The notes below the pieces were generated by a model. It ran no database searches, was not told the DNA's origin, and worked only from the letters and a program-made list of their open reading frames with translations. From positions 792 through 64,791 of the forward strand of contig CAAFWO010000017.1 of NCBI GenBank assembly GCA_900766735.1: a stretch of 64,000 bases of DNA. The letters run 5' to 3'. Numbering within the stretch: position 1 is the first letter of the stretch; each line of letters starts with the position of its first letter. The translations under genes were made by a program, and so were the position numbers. This document shows, one piece after another, positions 59,875 to 64,000 of this stretch. The DNA is from Clostridia bacterium (GTDB lineage: Bacteria; Bacillota; Clostridia; CAKSNL01; HGM11501).

Positions 59875-61026
59875 TTGAAAAGACTTTTTACTTCCGAGTC
59901 CGTGACCGAGGGACATCCGGACAAGCTGTGCGACCTTGTGGCGGACAGAATTCTTGACGCGTATCTTAAAGAAGATCCGTATTCGAGAGTTGCGTGCGAG
60001 GTGACGGCGTGCACGGGCCTTATCAACGTGATGGGCGAGATCACGAGCCGCACCACGGCGGACGTTCAGTCGATCGTGCGCGATACCGTGCGCGAGATCG
60101 GCTATACCGATTCCTCGATGGGGTTTGACGCGGACACATGCTGTGTTATGAACAGCGTTCACGGCCAGTCGCCGGACATTGCAATGGGTGTCGGCGACGG
60201 GGACGATCCGGATTCCGGCGCAGGCGACCAGGGTCTCATCTTCGGCTATGCGTGCTCCGAGACGGACGCGCTCATGCCGCTTCCCATTTATCTTGCGCAC
60301 AAATTGTCCGAACGCCTCACATATGTGAGAAAGTCGGGGATCATGAGCTATCTCCGCCCTGACGGCAAGACTCAGGTGACGGTTGAATACTCCGAGGACG
60401 GGGAGCCCAAACGGATCGACGCGGTGGTCGTTTCCTCCCAGCACTCCGACGACGTTTCGCAGGAGGAGATCAGGCGCGACATCAAGAAGAACGTGATCGA
60501 TCATGTCATCGACAAAAATATGATGGATGAGAACACGAAGATATTTATAAACCCGACCGGAAGATTCGTTATCGGCGGACCTTACGGCGATTCGGGACTC
60601 ACCGGAAGAAAGATCATCGTTGATACATACGGCGGATATGCGCGCCACGGCGGCGGCGCATTTTCGGGAAAGGACCCGTCCAAGGTGGACAGGAGCGCGG
60701 CCTATATGGCGCGCTATGTTGCAAAGAACCTCGTAAAAGCGGGCATCTGCTCAAAGTGCGAGATCCAGATCGCGTATGCGATCGGCGTTGCAAGGCCTGT
60801 TTCCGTGAGAGTTGACACGTTCGGAACGGGCAAAATTTCCGACGGCGAGATCGAAAAAATAGTTGAGGACACCTTCGATTTAAGGCCGCACGGCATTATC
60901 GAAAAGCTTGGCTTAAGAGCGCCGATCTATGCGAAGACGACGAACTACGGCCACTTCGGAAAAGAGGGGCTCCCCTGGGAAAACACCGATATGGCACCCA
61001 TATTGGCGAAAAAAGCGGGATTTTAA
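59875..61026 (+). CDS. metK: S-adenosylmethionine synthetase (TTG start)
   Basis: 383 aa with GHPDK, GAGDQG and the hexapeptide motifs. GGAGGG RBS. Confidence 0.95.
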   Translation: MKRLFTSESVTEGHPDKLCDLVADRILDAYLKEDPYSRVACEVTACTGLINVMGEITSRTTADVQSIVRDTVREIGYTDSSMGFDADTCCVMNSVHGQSPDIAMGVGDGDDPDSGAGDQGLIFGYACSETDALMPLPIYLAHKLSERLTYVRKSGIMSYLRPDGKTQVTVEYSEDGEPKRIDAVVVSSQHSDDVSQEEIRRDIKKNVIDHVIDKNMMDENTKIFINPTGRFVIGGPYGDSGLTGRKIIVDTYGGYARHGGGAFSGKDPSKVDRSAAYMARYVAKNLVKAGICSKCEIQIAYAIGVARPVSVRVDTFGTGKISDGEIEKIVEDTFDLRPHGIIEKLGLRAPIYAKTTNYGHFGKEGLPWENTDMAPILAKKAGF

Positions 61027-61070
61027 CTAATAATGCGCCGAAAATTAATTTTCGGCGCATTATTTTCACG
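61027..61070 (+). terminator. Rho-independent terminator
   Basis: aataatgcgccgaaaat taa ttttcggcgcattatt. Confidence 0.8.
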
Positions 61071-61075
61071 AATTC

Positions 61076-61108
61076 TCTTGACAAAAAAAGCGATTTTTAG
61101 TATACTGT
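61076..61108 (+). promoter_or_regulatory. Promoter for sigH (TTGACA-17-TATACT)
   Basis: cTTGACAaaaaaagcgatttttagTATACT. Confidence 0.5.
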
Positions 61109-61139
61109 GATTAATGTGGCAAAGAACGGGGGTATCGCC

Positions 61140-61766
61140 TTGAACATTTCCGATTATGCCGGCTGTTCCGATGAAGAACTCATCAGCCTTTCCAGAAACG
61201 GAGAGGACGGAGCGCTGGATTTTCTGATCGCCAGATATGTCGGACTGGTCAGGCAGAAGGCATTCCGTTACTTTTTGGTCGGCGCGGACAAGGAGGATCT
61301 CGTTCAGGAGGGACTCATCGGTCTATTCAAAGCGACGAGGGACTATGATGCTTCGCATTCTGTTCCCTTTAAGAGCTTTGCGGAGACTTGCATCATGCGC
61401 CAGATAGCGACCGCTATCAAGGCTGCCACTCGGTTGAAACACGGTCCTTTGAATAATTCTATTTCCTTAAGCCAGCCTTTGTTTGACGACGATGAAGAGG
61501 CTGTCGCCCTGATGGACGTTATTTGCAGAGATACACTCCCCAACCCTGAGGAAATCATTATCAATAAAGAACGCTATCGCATTATGGGAGAAAAAATTCA
61601 AAGTCTTTTAAGTAAATTCGAAAAGCAGGTGCTTGCCTACTATCTGCAGGGAAGAACCTATCACGACATTGCGTTAGAACTTGATAAGCCTCAGAAGGCG
61701 GTCGACAATGCGCTCCAGCGCGTGAAGCGCAAGCTTGAAGGCATTGTTGACGAACGGACGTTATGA
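61140..61766 (+). CDS. sigH: RNA polymerase sporulation sigma factor SigH (probable TTG start)
   Basis: Region 2/4 similarity to B. subtilis SigH (EDLVQEGLIGLFKATRDYD...FKSFAETCIMRQIATAIK). AACGGGGG RBS 7 nt before the TTG. Confidence 0.82.
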   Translation: MNISDYAGCSDEELISLSRNGEDGALDFLIARYVGLVRQKAFRYFLVGADKEDLVQEGLIGLFKATRDYDASHSVPFKSFAETCIMRQIATAIKAATRLKHGPLNNSISLSQPLFDDDEEAVALMDVICRDTLPNPEEIIINKERYRIMGEKIQSLLSKFEKQVLAYYLQGRTYHDIALELDKPQKAVDNALQRVKRKLEGIVDERTL

Positions 61767-61869
61767 CCGGCGTTTAATATTGTCATATGCCCGGCTGTAA
61801 AAGCAGGAGATCGGTGCAAATCCGGTCAGGGTCAAATACTATTATTATCACAAAGCGAGGAGATCGAAC

Positions 61870-62145
61870 ATGTACCAGGACAAGACATTGGTATGCAAGG
61901 ATTGTGGAAAAGAATTCGTTTTCACAGCCGGCGAACAGGAATTTTATGCTGAAAAAGGTTTTCAGAATGAGCCCCAGCGCTGCAAGGACTGCAGAGCTGC
62001 AAAGAAGGCTTCCATGAGAGAAAACAGAGAAATGTACACAGCTGTTTGCGCAGCTTGCGGCAAGGAAGCAAAGGTTCCCTTTGTTCCCAAGAACGACAAG
62101 CCCGTTTATTGCAGTGAGTGCTTCGCAAATCGTAGAGCTGAATAA
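61870..62145 (+). CDS. Zinc-ribbon domain protein (four CxxC motifs)
   Basis: 91 aa with two CxxC pairs (CKDCGK...CKDCR; CAACGK...CSEC). Confidence 0.7.
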   Translation: MYQDKTLVCKDCGKEFVFTAGEQEFYAEKGFQNEPQRCKDCRAAKKASMRENREMYTAVCAACGKEAKVPFVPKNDKPVYCSECFANRRAE

Positions 62146-62159
62146 TTCGACGATTAAAA

Positions 62160-62190
62160 AAAGTAGCTGTTTTAACAGCTACTTTTTTTG
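62160..62190. terminator. Bidirectional terminator (gtagctgtt ttaa cagctac) containing the uvrC stop codon
   Basis: Perfect stem flanked by A7 and T7. Confidence 0.75.
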
Positions 62191-64000
62191 TCTGTAATAA
62201 TCATATATTGCTTCTGCCGCGGTCTTGCCGACGGCATCGCGAAGTTCTTGAAGCGTCGCCTTTTTGATGTTTGAAACGGTCTTGAGCCGGCGCATCAGCT
62301 TTTCATAGGTCTTCTCTCCGACCCCCTTAAGCGAAAGGAGCGGGCTTTTGGCCATCGATTTTTCGCGCAGACGGTGGTGATAGCCGATCGCCGCGCGGTG
62401 CACCTCGTCCTGAATGGCCGTCATCAGCCGAAACTCGGGCGATGTCGGATTTATCGCGATCTCACCCTCCGGCGCGAGGAGAGCGCGCGTTCTGTGCCGC
62501 TCGTCCTTCACCATGCCGTAGACAGGGAGCGAGAGGCCGAGCGAGGATAAAACCGAGAGTGCGATGTTCACCTGGCCGGCTCCGCCATCCATCAAAATAA
62601 GGTCGGGCAAGAGCGAGAACTTTGCTTCGTCCGGGTCAAGTGTTCCGTCCGAAAGCTTTTCATATTCGGATAAACAGCGGCGAAACCGGCGGGTCAGAAC
62701 CTCGTTCATACTTGCGTAATCGTCGCCGGCGTTCTCATCGCTTATTTTGAAAAAACGGGTGTCCTTTTTAGAATACCGCCCGTCGGCAAAGACGATCATG
62801 GCGCCGACTGCGGCGTCCCCCGATATGTGCGAAATGTCGTATGCCTCGATGCGCGACGGGGGATCGTTAAGCCCGATGAGTTTTCCGAGAGCTGCCGCGG
62901 CGCTTTTTTTGAGGCTTTTTTTCATTTTTGACTCGCGTATGTCGTGAAGCGTTTTCTCTGCGTTTTTCACTGCCATATCGGCAAGCTCCTTGTATTTTCC
63001 GCGCTGTGCGAAGCGAATCTCGACCGACGAGGTGCGCTTGGCGGAAAGGAAATCCGAAAGCATTGCGGAGTCTTCGGGCTCGGTCGCGGTGATGATGAGC
63101 GCCGGGGGAACGACCGGTGCGTCCTCATAATACTGCGAAAGAAAGTTTTCCATAATTATGCCGTCGTCGATCCCGGCGGCGCCCTCCGTCGGGAAGCTTT
63201 CGCGCCCGGTCATTTTTCCGTTCCTGATGTGGAGAACCTCGAATGAAAGGTCGTTATCCTCCGCGGCGAAGGCGAAAACGTCCGCATCCTTCCCGGTGAG
63301 GATGGTGACGTTCTGCTTTTCAGAAATGTATCTGATCGAATTTATCTTATCGCGAAGGTCGGCCGCGCGCTCAAACTGGAGCTTTTGGGCGGCCTCGGTC
63401 ATCTCGCCCTCCAGTCGCCCGATCAAAGCGCCGTGGTGGCCTTTGATGAAATCCGCCGCGTCGGAGATGGCTTTTTTATATTCCTCTTCGCTCACCTGGC
63501 CGGTGCACACGCCCATACAGCGCCCCATCGAATAGTAAAGGCACGGGCGCTTTTTACCGAAATCCTCGGGAAAGCGGCGGTTACAGGTCGGCAGACGGAA
63601 GATCTTTTCGGTCATCTCGATCATTTCGCGGCAGAAATACGCGCTCGTGTACGGGCCGAAATAGTCCGCCCCGTCCTTCTCAGTGCGGCGCGTGAAGCTG
63701 ATCTTCGGGTATCGCCCGGCGGAAATTTTGATGAACGGATAGGTCTTTGAATCCTTTAACAATATGTTGTAGTGCGGCTTGTATTCCTTAATGAGATTGC
63801 ACTCGAGCACGAACGCCTCGCGCTCGGTCGCGGTGATGATGAACTCAAAATCCGCGATGTTGGCAACCATGGCGCGCACCTTGGGCGTGTGATTCGCCGA
63901 GGCGTGGAAATATTGGCGCACGCGGTTTCTTAATACCTTCGCCTTGCCGACATAGATTATCTTGCCGGCGGAATTTTTCATAATATAGACGCCGGGCCTG
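62179..64000 (-). CDS. uvrC: Excinuclease ABC subunit C, 5'-truncated at window edge
   Basis: GIY-YIG (GKIIYVGKAKVLRNRVRQYF), UvrBC domain and a C-terminal HhH. The frame remains open to position 64000 (PGVYIMK...). Confidence 0.93.
   Translation of the reverse strand, partial: RPGVYIMKNSAGKIIYVGKAKVLRNRVRQYFHASANHTPKVRAMVANIADFEFIITATEREAFVLECNLIKEYKPHYNILLKDSKTYPFIKISAGRYPKISFTRRTEKDGADYFGPYTSAYFCREMIEMTEKIFRLPTCNRRFPEDFGKKRPCLYYSMGRCMGVCTGQVSEEEYKKAISDAADFIKGHHGALIGRLEGEMTEAAQKLQFERAADLRDKINSIRYISEKQNVTILTGKDADVFAFAAEDNDLSFEVLHIRNGKMTGRESFPTEGAAGIDDGIIMENFLSQYYEDAPVVPPALIITATEPEDSAMLSDFLSAKRTSSVEIRFAQRGKYKELADMAVKNAEKTLHDIRESKMKKSLKKSAAAALGKLIGLNDPPSRIEAYDISHISGDAAVGAMIVFADGRYSKKDTRFFKISDENAGDDYASMNEVLTRRFRRCLSEYEKLSDGTLDPDEAKFSLLPDLILMDGGAGQVNIALSVLSSLGLSLPVYGMVKDERHRTRALLAPEGEIAINPTSPEFRLMTAIQDEVHRAAIGYHHRLREKSMAKSPLLSLKGVGEKTYEKLMRRLKTVSNIKKATLQELRDAVGKTAAEAIYDYYRQKK

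Overview
This window is the chromosomal replication-origin region of a spore-forming, S-layer-bearing Firmicute (Clostridia-like, roughly 50-55% GC).

The left half is the conserved oriC neighbourhood. On the minus strand, reading right to left: rpmH promoter and DnaA boxes, dnaA, an AT-rich DnaA-box intergenic region, dnaN, recF, a DUF370 (remB-like) gene, gyrB and gyrA. On the plus strand: rpmH, rnpA, yidD, yidC, jag, mnmE, mnmG, rsmG, a noc/parB-like gene, two parS sites, parA (soj), parB (spo0J), an SLH-domain protein and upp.

The rest of the window contains:
- An AraC-regulated sugar-catabolism cluster (two Gfo/Idh/MocA oxidoreductases and a TIM-barrel isomerase).
- A dnaD-dnaI-like pair followed by an FGGY kinase.
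- A strongly expressed S-layer (SLH) gene with twin promoters and a long leader.
- tRNA-Thr, a GH4 glycosidase, a Cu-amine-oxidase-N-domain surface protein and an aldo/keto reductase.
- An agmatine deiminase operon (ptcA-aguD-aguA-aguC).
- Two tandem paralogous orphan solute-binding lipoproteins.
- An infC-rpmI-rplT operon with an L20-type leader, divergent from an FMN riboswitch plus ribU.
- rpsT, metK, sigH and a 5'-truncated uvrC. A tRNA-Met/tRNA-Glu operon and a truncated GH13 gene sit at the left edge.

The most unusual signal is a previously unannotated family of modular, hairpin-forming intergenic repeats. These punctuate the S-layer / cell-surface gene cluster at about 31.9 kb, 35.3-35.6 kb and, above all, an ~800-bp gene-free block at 40.3-41.1 kb. 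Copies share 20-29-bp identical cores and show hairpins with apparently compensatory stem changes. I found no CRISPR array, prophage or defence island.
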